Source of the DNA: Blastocatellia bacterium
GTDB taxonomy: Bacteria > Acidobacteriota > Blastocatellia > UBA7656
NCBI GenBank assembly: GCA_963765495.1
Contig: CAVXWP010000007.1
Span: forward strand, 1-64,000
Length of the DNA: 64,000 nucleotides
Direction: 5' to 3'
The notes below the pieces were generated by a model, which did no database searches, was not told where the DNA came from, and worked only from the letters and a program-made list of their open reading frames with translations. The translations under genes and the position numbers were made by a program. Positions 17,902 to 27,802 of this stretch are shown here, piece after piece. Every line of letters begins with the position of its first letter. Within the stretch, counting starts at the first letter, position 1.

Positions 17902-19935
17902 TTATTTAGCCGCTACGCCGACCCGCAATACCGTAAGCGAGTTAGGAGCAAAGCTGTATTTAAACTCATTTGATCCGGCGGCAAGCGATTGCTCTACTGG
18001 TGCGACTCGCATCGGTTCATCCAGACTGTTTTCGGCTTTGAGGTCACCAGTAATAACAAAAGCCTTGCCGGTCTTTTTGATCTGCTTCGCTCCCGCGAGG
18101 TTGATTTGAACCTCTCGCGGCGACGGAGAGATGTTGACTACTTTCAAAACCACTTCGCCGGTTCGCTCATCTATGGACGCGCTGGCGAAAAGATTGTCCT
18201 GCCCGTTCTTTTTAGAGTCTCCCAGAAGCACCGGCAGGATAGTTGTCCCGCGATTCACGCTGAACATTTTTTGCACGTAGTAATTAGGCGTGCCGTAGGA
18301 ACGAAGATTATCGAACCATATAAGATTCGGCGTCCACTGCCACCCCTCCACGTGCCCAAAGAGCGGCGCATAAGATGACATCGCGACTACATCGGCGTTG
18401 CGCTCAAGCCCGGTTATAAAGGCGGCCTCCGAAAGCGCGCACTCCCAGTTGTTGCGATTGTCAACGCTTGCAATCCCGACGCTTTGAGCCGCGTACTCGC
18501 CCGCGAAGACCTTCGGGCCGTTGCGCGGGTAGTCGTCATAACGACCGGCATTTTCTGGAAACCATTTCGGCGGCATGTAGTAATGCTCATCGACTAAGTC
18601 GGCATTCATTTCGCGTAATTTCGCCCACAGGAAATCGAATCGCTCTCCTTCGGGGGCGGGGCCTGCCGCCGAGACGAGTTTGATTTCGGGATGCTTTTCT
18701 TTAATGACTTTTGCAAATACCCGATAGCGTTCGATGTATTGCGGTCCCCACTGTTCGTTCCCTACGCCGATCATTTTCAGATTGAAGGGAGCGGGGTGTC
18801 CCATCTCTGCGCGCTTGCGTCCCCAGTTGCTTGTTTCGGGGCCGTTTGCGAACTCGATCAAATCCAGCGCGTCCTGAACGTAAGGGTCAAGCTCTTCGAC
18901 CGGGACCAGTTCACCCGTATTGAACTGGCAGGCCATGCCGCAATTTAGTATCGGCAGAGGTTCCGCGCCGATGTCTTCGCTCAACAGGAAATACTCGTAA
19001 AAGCCGAGACCGAATGACTGGTAGTAATCAGGAGTCAGACGGTGTTTGAATTCATAATTCCAGCGATTGACGAGCAGTCTCCGCTCATCCAGATCGCCTA
19101 TGGTCGTCTTCCACTGATAACGCCTGTCGAGAGTGCTTCCCTCTACAATGCACCCGCCGGGGAAACGCAAAAAACCGGGCTTGATGTCGTGGAGCAACTT
19201 TACAAGATCGGGGCGCAACCCGTTCTCGCGCATCTTCCAGGTTTGCTTAGGAAAAAGCGAGATGAAATCCAGATCAAGCGCGCCGCGATCTTCCACAAGC
19301 ACATTCAAATGAGCCTTGGCCTCGGTCCCGGTGGCACGAATGATTGAGCTATATTTCTTCCACTCGGATGTGATTCCCTCTATTTTAGTATGCCCTAAAC
19401 TCCCCCCGTTTGCGTCTTCCAGTTCGATGCGCAAGGCGAGCGGTCCATCCGAGGAATTTGAGTCGCTCTCAACACGCCGTGCCTGAACAGAGAAAGTGTA
19501 TTCGGCGTCTTTTTCGACGCCCATGCCGCGAAAGCCTTCGTTCACTACGCCAAAGCCTTTGCCCGCCGACTCTACTTTTATCCGCAGATAATGAGAATTT
19601 GGGATGTGAGTAACCGAACCCCGGTCGAGAATGTAAACCGCTCCTTTTGATTCGCCGCGATCAATCTGCTTCCAGCCCATCATCGGGTCCGGGAACTCAA
19701 ACGAGCGATTCTTCACACGTTCAGGATACAGCCCGCTGTCTGCGCCAAAATTTATATCCTCAAAGAACAGGCCGAACAGGGTAGCAGGTATCGGCGCTCC
19801 GGGTCTGTCTACCTGTACGGTGATGGCGCTGGTTTGAGCCGAGGCAAACTGCGCCTGCCCGATGATAAGAGAAACCATGCAGCCAAGCGCCAGAAATTTG
19901 ATCGAAAGGGCCCGCGCTGTTTTCGCTATTTTCAT
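17902..19935 (-). CDS. Secreted GH51 alpha-L-arabinofuranosidase
   Basis: Signal peptide; 'GLFFEDIN', 'LRFPGGC', 'GVGNEQWG', 'DEHYY', 'GEYA', 'SYAPL'. Confidence 0.93.
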   Translation of the reverse strand: MKIAKTARALSIKFLALGCMVSLIIGQAQFASAQTSAITVQVDRPGAPIPATLFGLFFEDINFGADSGLYPERVKNRSFEFPDPMMGWKQIDRGESKGAVYILDRGSVTHIPNSHYLRIKVESAGKGFGVVNEGFRGMGVEKDAEYTFSVQARRVESDSNSSDGPLALRIELEDANGGSLGHTKIEGITSEWKKYSSIIRATGTEAKAHLNVLVEDRGALDLDFISLFPKQTWKMRENGLRPDLVKLLHDIKPGFLRFPGGCIVEGSTLDRRYQWKTTIGDLDERRLLVNRWNYEFKHRLTPDYYQSFGLGFYEYFLLSEDIGAEPLPILNCGMACQFNTGELVPVEELDPYVQDALDLIEFANGPETSNWGRKRAEMGHPAPFNLKMIGVGNEQWGPQYIERYRVFAKVIKEKHPEIKLVSAAGPAPEGERFDFLWAKLREMNADLVDEHYYMPPKWFPENAGRYDDYPRNGPKVFAGEYAAQSVGIASVDNRNNWECALSEAAFITGLERNADVVAMSSYAPLFGHVEGWQWTPNLIWFDNLRSYGTPNYYVQKMFSVNRGTTILPVLLGDSKKNGQDNLFASASIDERTGEVVLKVVNISPSPREVQINLAGAKQIKKTGKAFVITGDLKAENSLDEPMRVAPVEQSLAAGSNEFKYSFAPNSLTVLRVGVAAK

Positions 19936-19947
19936 GTGTCGCCTCTC

Positions 19948-20062
19948 CGTGATGCGGTCTCTGATACCTGATGCGCGATGCGTAATCCGTGATCCGTGAA
20001 ATATGCAATTACCTGTTTACAGCCACGTGCCTGACAGTCACGCATCACTCTTCACGCATCAC
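19948..20062. repeat. Heptamer-arm palindromic element (CGTGATG/CATCACG arms), core type 1
   Basis: Tandem gtgatgc/gtgatcc units, a ~45-bp core, then inverted catcacg units. The core is the near reverse complement of the one at 22314-22431. Confidence 0.8.
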
Positions 20063-20065
20063 TTC

Positions 20066-21193
20066 TCATTTCGTCTTGCCGATCAGCCGTTTGATCAATT
20101 CCACTTCTTCGGCGCGATAGGGCGTGCCGTCGGTGCGAAATACTTCGTGAAACCAGACCGCCGGTTCGCGATCAATATAAGGCTGTCGCCAGGAATCCCA
20201 CGGCAGATAGGTTTGCGTCTTGCCTGCTACCAGTCCCCAGTTGATCGCCGCAACATTGTATCGTTTGGCGATGGGCAGCGACCCTTCGAATGTGCTCTTG
20301 TTGCCGCGAGCCATGTACTCGGTGCAGAGGATCGGGCGGTTGTAGCGCGTAAGCCACTTGATGCGCTTTTCAAATTCTTCCGGCGCATCATAGTTGTGAA
20401 ACGAAATTACATCCGACAAATAAATCTGCATCCGTTCCATCACCCCCATCTTTTCCGGGCTCGACCAGTCGCCTTTCCAGACGCCGCACGTCAAAGGCTG
20501 TTCGGCTCCCGCTTCGCGCGCCCACGCGAAAGCCTGCGGCAGCAACGCCAGCACGATTTCTACCTTGTCCTTTGGCTCCAGTTCGCCGTAGCTTCCCTGA
20601 TTCGTGTTGTCCGGCTCGTTCCAGATATCCCACGCAAGTATCCGCCCGTCTTTTGCAAATCGGCCGACCACGCCTTTTACATAGGCTTCAAGACGCGGGT
20701 ACTCGGCCGGGTCTTCGAGCGCGTGTGCGCCGGGGCTTTGCAGCCAGCCCGAGTTATGCACACCCGGTCGCGGCTCGTGCTGTTTGCCAAGCATGGGTTT
20801 CGGGTCCCAGACCGAATCGAACAGGACCAGCATCGGCCTGATATGATGCTTTGCCGCGATGCCGAGAAATGTGTCAAGGCGACGTTTGAAGCCTTCCGCA
20901 TCCTGTTTCCACAAGAGGTCGTGGAGAAAAACGCGCATGGTGTTCATCCCCAGACTCTCTGCCCAGCCCAGTTCCAAATCTATTCTTTTCGGGTCAAAGG
21001 TGTCGGCCTGCCACATCTCCAATTCATTGATCGCGCTCGCAGGCGTATAGTTGCTGCCAACCAGCCACCCTTGCTTGCTGTACCAGTCGTTTGCTTTTTG
21101 CTCCGACCACTTGGCCGAAGGCGCGGCCAGAACGAATCGGGCGAGGAGAAGAATGGCTATAAATACCGGCGCGGTTTTTCGCGTGATTGACAT
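20066..21193 (-). CDS. Secreted clan GH-A glycoside hydrolase (GH5-like, probably subfamily 13)
   Basis: Signal peptide; 'NTMRVFLH', acid/base 'WDIWNEP', 'SFHNY', nucleophile 'CTEYMAR'. Start at ATG 21193 with a GGAGG SD. Confidence 0.8.
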   Translation of the reverse strand: MSITRKTAPVFIAILLLARFVLAAPSAKWSEQKANDWYSKQGWLVGSNYTPASAINELEMWQADTFDPKRIDLELGWAESLGMNTMRVFLHDLLWKQDAEGFKRRLDTFLGIAAKHHIRPMLVLFDSVWDPKPMLGKQHEPRPGVHNSGWLQSPGAHALEDPAEYPRLEAYVKGVVGRFAKDGRILAWDIWNEPDNTNQGSYGELEPKDKVEIVLALLPQAFAWAREAGAEQPLTCGVWKGDWSSPEKMGVMERMQIYLSDVISFHNYDAPEEFEKRIKWLTRYNRPILCTEYMARGNKSTFEGSLPIAKRYNVAAINWGLVAGKTQTYLPWDSWRQPYIDREPAVWFHEVFRTDGTPYRAEEVELIKRLIGKTK

Positions 21194-21231
21194 GAATGTT
21201 TGGTCCTCCATCTTGAAAGGATGCGCGGGAA

Positions 21232-22272
21232 TTATTTATGCTCGCGCTCCGCCTTCTTGTAGTGAATGTCGCTTGCTGCTCGGAGTTCGGCGGCCTTCTC
21301 TTCGGCTAAAGTATCGCTCAGGAAGTTGCCGCCGCCGATCTCGGGTCCGGCCAGATACTTTAGCAGATTCGGTCGCCTGAGCGGCGGATGAAACTCTATG
21401 TGGAAGTGAAAACCACGGTACTCGCCTCCGTCGGTCGGAGCCTGATGCAGAGGCATGACATAGGGAAAGGGTATCTGCCAAAGATTATCAAATTTGATAA
21501 GCACCTGTCTGAGCACCGAAGTGAAATCGCGCAACTCGGTATCTGAGAGCGCCGCGATGCTTGGAAGCGTCTGTTTCGGCGCTACGAATACTTCGTAAGC
21601 ATAGCGCGCGAAGTATGGCATGAAGGCAATGGCTGTCTCGTTTTCACAGATGATGCGCCGCCCGTCCTGCTGTTCGGCGGCGAGGATATCTTGAAAGAGG
21701 ATGCGTCCCGTTTCCGAAAGATGTCTTTCGGAGACACGAGCCTCTGTCTCGATTGTCTTGAAAACGAAATTGGTGGCGTAAATCTGGCAGTGAGGATGCG
21801 GATTTGAAACGCCTACGGCCTCTCCTTTGTTCTCAAAGATCAGCACGTGGTTGATCTCGTCGCGGCTGCCGAGTTCTCGATACTGCTCCTGCCATACGCG
21901 CAATAATTCATTGATTTCGCGCGGCTCAAGTTCAGCAAGCGTCAGGTTGTGCCGGGGGCTGTAACAGACTACGCGAGCCTGTCCGAGCGCGGGCCGATTG
22001 CGATAAATCCCGATTGGTTTGTCCAGGTCGGTTGGCGCGTCTAAACTGACACACGGCAGATCGTTATCAAAGACGAATGTGCCGGTATAGTTTGCGTTTC
22101 GCTTCCCGCTCACGCGCTCGTTGCCCGGGCACAGGTAACAGTCGCTTACGTAATTCGATTCAGACTCTTCCGCGTGTTTGATAGTGCCGCCGTTCCACGG
22201 GCGACCTTGCCTGTGCGCCGCGACCATAACCCACTCCTCGCGAAGCGGATGCCATCTCTCTTCCCAAGCCAT
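21232..22272 (-). CDS. galT: GalT-family sugar-1-phosphate uridylyltransferase
   Basis: 'CYLCPGNER', 'FENKG', 'SNPHPHCQ' (HPH nucleophile), '[10 protein letters not shown]', 'HFHIEFHPP'. Start at ATG 22272. Confidence 0.93.
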   Translation of the reverse strand: MAWEERWHPLREEWVMVAAHRQGRPWNGGTIKHAEESESNYVSDCYLCPGNERVSGKRNANYTGTFVFDNDLPCVSLDAPTDLDKPIGIYRNRPALGQARVVCYSPRHNLTLAELEPREINELLRVWQEQYRELGSRDEINHVLIFENKGEAVGVSNPHPHCQIYATNFVFKTIETEARVSERHLSETGRILFQDILAAEQQDGRRIICENETAIAFMPYFARYAYEVFVAPKQTLPSIAALSDTELRDFTSVLRQVLIKFDNLWQIPFPYVMPLHQAPTDGGEYRGFHFHIEFHPPLRRPNLLKYLAGPEIGGGNFLSDTLAEEKAAELRAASDIHYKKAEREHK

Positions 22273-22313
22273 TGATCCCTCCCTGAGCATTGAGTGACGA
22301 GCAAAAGCTGATT

Positions 22314-22431
22314 CGTGAAGCGTGATGCGATCTCTGATGCGTGATCCGTGATCCGTGACTGTCAGGCACATTGCTGTAAACAGGTACTTGCATATTTCAC
22401 GGATCACGCATCACTCTTCACGGATCACGCA
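22314..22431. repeat. Heptamer-arm palindromic element, core type 1 (inverted relative to 19948-20062)
   Basis: gtgactgtcaggcacattgctgtaaacaggtacttgcatatttcacggatcacg is the near reverse complement of the 19990-20042 core. Confidence 0.8.
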
Positions 22432-23415
22432 TTATTTCGCATATCCTTCCGGGTGCACCTGATGCCAGTCCCAGGCCGTGCGGATAATCGTTTCAAGATC
22501 GGGGTATTCAACCTCCCATCCGAGAATTTCTCTGGCTCTTGTGGCGTCGGCCACAAGCCGGGACGGATCGCCGGGGCGCGCTGTCTCGAATCTGGTTTCG
22601 ATCTCGCGCCCGGTCACGCGCCGCGCCGTCTCGATCACTTCCATCACCGAATACCCGTGACCGTTCCCCAGGTTGATGCGCTCGGACTCTCCTCCGTTTT
22701 GCAGATGCTCAAGCGCAAGCGTATGCGCCGAGCAGAGATCGCTCACGTGGATGTAGTCGCGGATGGCCGTTCCGTCCGGCGTCGGGTACTGATTGCCAAA
22801 GACCGAGACGTAAGGCCGCCTGCCCATCGCTGCAAACAACACATTCGGGATGAGGTGCGTCTCCGGTTCGTGATGTTCGCCGCGCTGCTCGGTTGCGCCC
22901 GATGCGTTGAAATACCTGAGCGCGACATATTTCAATCCGTAGGCGTAATCGTATGATGCGAGAATCTTTTCCATGAAGAGCTTTGTCCAGCCGTAGGGGT
23001 TGGCAGGTTGCTGCGGGTGCCGCTCGTCTATCGGAACGCGAACCGGCTCGCCGTAGGTCGCGCAGGTTGAAGAGAAGACAAATCTTTGCACTCCGGCCTC
23101 AAGCAAAGAATCGAGCAGCGCGATCCCCTGCCCGACGTTGTTTTCAAAGTACAGCTTCGGATCGCTCACCGATTCGCCTACATAGGCAAGCGCGGCAAAA
23201 TGTACGCACGCGTCAATCTCGTGATCCCGACAGATCGAGCTGACAAGTTCGCGGTCGCCTATGCGTCCCCTGTAAACCGTTGCGCCTTCGCCAAGCGCGT
23301 CTTCGTGCCCACGTGAAACGTTATCGAGCACAACCACACGCTCTCCCCTGTCGAGCAACCGATCAACCATTACGCTGCCGATGTAGCCCGCCCCACCCGT
23401 CACAAGAATCGCCAT
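22432..23415 (-). CDS. galE: GalE-family UDP-sugar 4-epimerase
   Basis: 'TGGAGYIGS', '[11 protein letters not shown]', 'FSSTCATYG', YxxxK 'YGWTK', 'LRYFNASGA', '[11 protein letters not shown]'. Confidence 0.93.
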   Translation of the reverse strand: MAILVTGGAGYIGSVMVDRLLDRGERVVVLDNVSRGHEDALGEGATVYRGRIGDRELVSSICRDHEIDACVHFAALAYVGESVSDPKLYFENNVGQGIALLDSLLEAGVQRFVFSSTCATYGEPVRVPIDERHPQQPANPYGWTKLFMEKILASYDYAYGLKYVALRYFNASGATEQRGEHHEPETHLIPNVLFAAMGRRPYVSVFGNQYPTPDGTAIRDYIHVSDLCSAHTLALEHLQNGGESERINLGNGHGYSVMEVIETARRVTGREIETRFETARPGDPSRLVADATRAREILGWEVEYPDLETIIRTAWDWHQVHPEGYAK

Positions 23416-23429
23416 AACGCTTTCTCCTA

Positions 23430-24920
23430 TCAGTGCTCTTTCGTGAGCTTCAAATGGCCGAAGACGCCCGCGCCCGGAGAAGAACCGGCAATGATGAGCG
23501 GTTGCCGCCCCGACTGTTCGGCATACCGGATCGCGACCGCTTCAATCGTCGGCCCCGCCGAGGCAAGGCCAAGTACGGCGACCGTCCCGCCGCTCCCGCC
23601 GCCTGTGATCTTCGCCCCATAAAGCCCGGTATCAGGTCCAGCCTCTCGAACCAGTTTCACAATCTCATCCGTGCCCGTTGAGCCAAGCCCGCAGGCCGAG
23701 TAGCTTTCGTGAGATTGAAACATCAATTCGCCTAATATGTTTGCCCGCGCCGCGCCCTGCCCCCTCTTGAGTATCTCCGCAAACGTGTTGACGCGGTGAT
23801 GCTCATAGATCGGATGCCGCGTCGCATCGTAAACAGGATAGCTCCGGTCAGGCGATACCGAGGTCACAGAATCGGTGATCCCCCGATACTCCGCAAGAAA
23901 CTCCGCACCCGACATTGTCTCGGGCAATCGCGCTGCAAAGGCCGCTTCAAACTCCTTCGGCGTAAGATTGGCGAGATAGCCTTTCCACCGAGGGTCATCA
24001 ATCAGGACGTGACCGGCGCTGCCCGACTCGCGGCAGGGCAGACCAGCCATAGCGGCAATCATGCGATAACCCATGAAGGCGGCTGTGCGAATCGTGCCGT
24101 AATCAGCGCCGCCTACCGAATGGCGAATCCCGGAATCTATCCCCCAGACGGCCAGATCGCGGGGCAGTTCTACTGCCTCTTTCAACTCGCCGGGCTGGCA
24201 CAGCAGCGCGAGCAGCCGGTCGGCCTCGCCGCAGGCCGAGGTCATCTGATCCATTACGCCGCACGGCGCGCCCGCGATCAGGTTCTCGACTCTCTGGCAT
24301 AAAAAAGCCATCTCGCGTGGCGAAATTTCAAGCCCGTAAGCCGCTGAGATTGCCTGCATGGTCGCCACTTCGAGCGAAGCCGAAGAACTGACGCCCTTGC
24401 CTTCGGGAACGGCTGAACTGATAAGTATATGCGCGCCGTTTTCAAAGACGCATCCTCGCTCGCGCATCAAGACCAGAAAAGCACCGGCTACGTAGGCCGC
24501 CCAGGTCTGCTCGACTCTGCCTGCGAAGCGCGCGCGCGCCGTGGCGTAGTCAACCGGGTCGCTCGATTCCCTGAAATCCTCCAGCGACATTTCAAACACG
24601 CGCACTCGTTCGTTCCGGTTGACAGGCAGGCTGACTATGCGGAGCCTGTCTTCTTTTTGAAGTTGAAGAGCCGTGTGCGTGGCGGCGTGGATTGGAATTT
24701 CGAGCACAAGCGAGCCTGAGTAATCGGCTATGCCCCCCATCAAATCCAGCCTGCCCGGCGCGCGCGTCACAATCAACTCTCGTTTATTGTCAAAGAACCC
24801 TCGAAGTAAAGATATCTCTTCCTCTTTGCCTTGCGAATGATCGGGCAGGCGGTTTAGCAACTCGATGAGGGCTGCCGTATCCGCCAGATCATGAGTTGAA
24901 CCGGATACGATTCTATACAC
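23430..24920 (-). CDS. GHMP sugar-1-kinase, L-arabinokinase (plant ARA1)-like
   Basis: '[21 protein letters not shown]', '[10 protein letters not shown]', '[10 protein letters not shown]', '[15 protein letters not shown]', '[11 protein letters not shown]'. GTG start at 24920 with a GGAG SD, overlapping the upstream stop. Confidence 0.88.
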   Translation of the reverse strand: MYRIVSGSTHDLADTAALIELLNRLPDHSQGKEEEISLLRGFFDNKRELIVTRAPGRLDLMGGIADYSGSLVLEIPIHAATHTALQLQKEDRLRIVSLPVNRNERVRVFEMSLEDFRESSDPVDYATARARFAGRVEQTWAAYVAGAFLVLMRERGCVFENGAHILISSAVPEGKGVSSSASLEVATMQAISAAYGLEISPREMAFLCQRVENLIAGAPCGVMDQMTSACGEADRLLALLCQPGELKEAVELPRDLAVWGIDSGIRHSVGGADYGTIRTAAFMGYRMIAAMAGLPCRESGSAGHVLIDDPRWKGYLANLTPKEFEAAFAARLPETMSGAEFLAEYRGITDSVTSVSPDRSYPVYDATRHPIYEHHRVNTFAEILKRGQGAARANILGELMFQSHESYSACGLGSTGTDEIVKLVREAGPDTGLYGAKITGGGSGGTVAVLGLASAGPTIEAVAIRYAEQSGRQPLIIAGSSPGAGVFGHLKLTKEH

Positions 24921-25974
24921 GTCCGGCGCTCCCGGCTTCTGAATTTTCGAGCAGCCCTCTGCTGATAAGCGCCGCCTGCAACAGCGGCTCGATCTGAGCG
25001 CGAATCTGCGCGTTGGCATAACCTGCCCACGCTACATCGGGCTCGACCGAAAGCCGCGCATCGAGTGGTCCTCCGCCAATGCCGCACACCTCCACGCCCG
25101 CTTCACGCGCTATCAATTCGGTGCAAAGATCATAAGGGTGACAGCAGATGCCGAGCGCAAGCCCGCGCTGGCGCAATAGGTTTTCCATAAACGGGCGCAG
25201 GTCGGCGATGAAGCGGTCGTGGCCCGAGGCCAGTTCGTAAAGCTGGCCCCCGGTCGAAGCATACTGGTCTTCAAAACAATGCGCTTTCCCCGGACGCACC
25301 GGCCCAAGAGCGCCGCGCACGATCTCTTCGTCAATCGCCGCGAGTTCTTCACGCGCACCGGGGAAGAAACGCACTATCTGGCTGTATCCGTGCGCGATGG
25401 TAGCGACAGGCGAAGGGCGCAAGGGGATCGCTTTGCTTTCGCCCGTGTAGCGATTAAAGCGAACGGCCTCGGCACCCTCCCCTCTGACGGCCCACGCCAC
25501 ATCCGACAGGTGTTGTTTGACAAGCGGAATCTCGGTCTGGATCGCCATCACGATGTCGGCGAGCGAAGTCTCGTCGCCTCGATTCGGAGCCACTCCCGTC
25601 AGTATCCATCCGCTTCGCTTCTGATACATCAACCCGCGTGTGCCGTCTATCGGGTCTACGATGACGCGCCAGACGGCTTCCTCTGCGGACGCGCCGCGCG
25701 GCAACACGATCTGCCCTTCGGGCAAACCTTCGCCGATCAAAACTAGCGGGACCGACCGGGCAATCTCGCGTTCGAAAAAATCGATCAGCAACTCTTCGCT
25801 TATGCAGTCAACGGCGTAAATCGTATCGCCCTCTTCTTCGCGGGCTACGGCTGCGAGCGCCTCGACCGCCGAGCGCTCACAGGCTTCGATCACCGCGCCT
25901 CGAATTATTTCGTGCAACCGGCGCAGAGGTTCGAGCAGGTAGCGGGGATCATCCGTTGAAAAAGCAGTGGTCAT
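24913..25974 (-). CDS. Inositol-monophosphatase (FIG) family phosphatase
   Basis: 'IGEG', 'VDPIDGT' metal-binding motif, '[14 protein letters not shown]' (WD.AA...EAG-like). Confidence 0.8.
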   Translation of the reverse strand: MTTAFSTDDPRYLLEPLRRLHEIIRGAVIEACERSAVEALAAVAREEEGDTIYAVDCISEELLIDFFEREIARSVPLVLIGEGLPEGQIVLPRGASAEEAVWRVIVDPIDGTRGLMYQKRSGWILTGVAPNRGDETSLADIVMAIQTEIPLVKQHLSDVAWAVRGEGAEAVRFNRYTGESKAIPLRPSPVATIAHGYSQIVRFFPGAREELAAIDEEIVRGALGPVRPGKAHCFEDQYASTGGQLYELASGHDRFIADLRPFMENLLRQRGLALGICCHPYDLCTELIAREAGVEVCGIGGGPLDARLSVEPDVAWAGYANAQIRAQIEPLLQAALISRGLLENSEAGSAGRV

Positions 25975-26009
25975 AAAAGATTAGCTTCTCTCTTCGAAGG
26001 AAGTCAGGT

Positions 26010-26071
26010 TTGCCACAGAGACATAGAGATACAGAGAAAAGATTATTAAAATCTCTGTGTCTCTGCGGCAA
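26010..26071. repeat. Octamer-arm palindrome (CACAGAGA units), REP-like or terminator-like
   Basis: ttgccacagagacatagaga...tctctgtgtctctgcggcaa; a related copy lies at 38454-38517. Confidence 0.65.
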
Positions 26072-26093
26072 TTTCATTTCCTTTCCTGTTTGC

Positions 26094-27767
26094 TTATGCC
26101 AATTTTATCTGCAAGCGCGTGACCGATGCAGGCGCGAAGCGATAAACGAATGCGCCCGCGCCGACCTTGACCTGTTCGTTGCGAGGCTCGACCGTGTGCG
26201 GACTCTCAAACGTGTTGTGCGCGTGAACGTCGGGCTCGGCAAGCACTCGCGCTTCGGCGGATTCGACGCGAGCGCCTCGCACCGCGATCTCGGCCTCGCG
26301 CGATTCACTCATACTCGGGTTCGTCACCGTCACGGTCAATTGTTTTCCGTTCATTGACGCCGATCCGCTCAACCCCCAAAACTCGGCAGGCTTTCCGTTT
26401 CGCGTGTACCCGACCTGCGGCGCGCTGAAAACCGTCCGCACCGCCTGCGCTCCCATGTGCGGCATAAACATTTCGAAGATGTGATAGGTCGGCGTCAGTA
26501 TGAAACGTTCGCCGTCGGCCAGAAAAAGCGAATGCAGACAGTTGACCAGTTGCGCGACGTTCGCCATCACAACCTTGTCCGACTGCCGGTTGAATATGTC
26601 CAGCGAGATCGAGGCCACGAGCGCATCGCGCATCGTCTGTTGTTGCTCCAGCGTGTGTGAGAGCACAAGCTCGGTTCCCGGGCGATGCCACGACCCCCAC
26701 TCGTCCACTACGATTTTTGTTCGGTGGCGTCTGTCGTATTCGCCCATCACGGTCCAGTGCTTCTCGATAGCCTCATCTATCTGATCGGCGGCGCGCAGTA
26801 GCTCATAGTACTGCTCGGTGTCGAATTTCAAAGCGTCGCCTTTTGCATCGTTCCAGTCGTTGGTCCTGCCTCCCGCGACATTCCACGAATAGTGATGCAC
26901 AGACCACCCGTACATGCGGTCGAATGATCCCTCGCCTTTCTCGCGCATCTTGTCAAAGAAGCCGTGAGTCCAGTTGAGGTCTTCACTGCTTGGCCCGGCG
27001 GCCATGAATTTCAGAGGCACGCCGTAGCCCGGCACGGATGCAAGAAAGCGGCGGAACTCCTGCGCGTACTCTTCGGGCGTGAAGTTGCCGCCGCATCCCC
27101 ACGACTCGTTGCCTACGCCCCAGTACTCGACGCGGAAAGGGTCGCGGCTGCCCATTGGGCCGTTCGCACGCATATCCGCAAGCGTAGTGGCCCCGGCGGG
27201 CGCGTTGCAGTATTCGACCCAATGATAAAAATCTTGCGCGGTCAGGCCGCGCAGATTCGCCGCCAGATAAGGTTTTGCGCCGATCAGTTGGCAGAAACGC
27301 GCAAACTCATTCGTGCCAAACCAGTTCGGCTCTACGCGGGAAGTAGAATCGGGCGGGACTTTCGGGTTTGCTGCATCGGCCCAGAAATTTGTGCGGCGCG
27401 GACGTTTAGCCCTGTCGCCTATGCCGTCGCGCCAGTCATAACTGTCGGCGAAACATCCGCCGGGGTAGCGAATCACCGGGGCCTTGATGCGTTTCAATGC
27501 GTCAACGAGTTGATTGCGTATGCCGCCCGTATTCGGCACGCGAGAGTCTTCGCCAACCCAGATGCCGTCATAAACCACAGCGCCCAGGTGCTCGACAAAA
27601 TGGCCGTAGATGTTGGGGTTTATCGTGCCGATCTCCTCGCCTATCAGCACCTCGATACGCGAATCGGCGGCCCGCGCGGATTGCGCGAATGTGTGTGCGC
27701 GCCCGGCTATCAATCCCGCGCCACCGGCTATCGCTCCCTGCAAAAATGCGCGTCTTTCGATTTTCAT
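26094..27767 (-). CDS. Tat-exported GH51 alpha-L-arabinofuranosidase
   Basis: Tat motif 'ERRAFL'; 'IYGHFVEHLG', 'RYPGGCFAD', 'GNESWGCGG', 'VDEWG', 'MANVAQLVN'. Confidence 0.93.
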   Translation of the reverse strand: MKIERRAFLQGAIAGGAGLIAGRAHTFAQSARAADSRIEVLIGEEIGTINPNIYGHFVEHLGAVVYDGIWVGEDSRVPNTGGIRNQLVDALKRIKAPVIRYPGGCFADSYDWRDGIGDRAKRPRRTNFWADAANPKVPPDSTSRVEPNWFGTNEFARFCQLIGAKPYLAANLRGLTAQDFYHWVEYCNAPAGATTLADMRANGPMGSRDPFRVEYWGVGNESWGCGGNFTPEEYAQEFRRFLASVPGYGVPLKFMAAGPSSEDLNWTHGFFDKMREKGEGSFDRMYGWSVHHYSWNVAGGRTNDWNDAKGDALKFDTEQYYELLRAADQIDEAIEKHWTVMGEYDRRHRTKIVVDEWGSWHRPGTELVLSHTLEQQQTMRDALVASISLDIFNRQSDKVVMANVAQLVNCLHSLFLADGERFILTPTYHIFEMFMPHMGAQAVRTVFSAPQVGYTRNGKPAEFWGLSGSASMNGKQLTVTVTNPSMSESREAEIAVRGARVESAEARVLAEPDVHAHNTFESPHTVEPRNEQVKVGAGAFVYRFAPASVTRLQIKLA

Positions 27768-27802
27768 ATCTTTATTTGTGCCCTCTAGGGTTCGAGCATC
27801 CG

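Noticed and set aside
20003-21190. 395-aa + strand ORF
   Set aside because: It is the antisense shadow of the GH5-like gene, begins inside a repeat element and has no motifs.
22273-22407. N-terminal extensions in the ORF track (galT, kinase, kdpA, kdpD-C, MBOAT, SGNH2, TPR, HTH)
   Set aside because: They run through repeats or overlap upstream genes. Downstream starts have SD sequences and match family N-termini.
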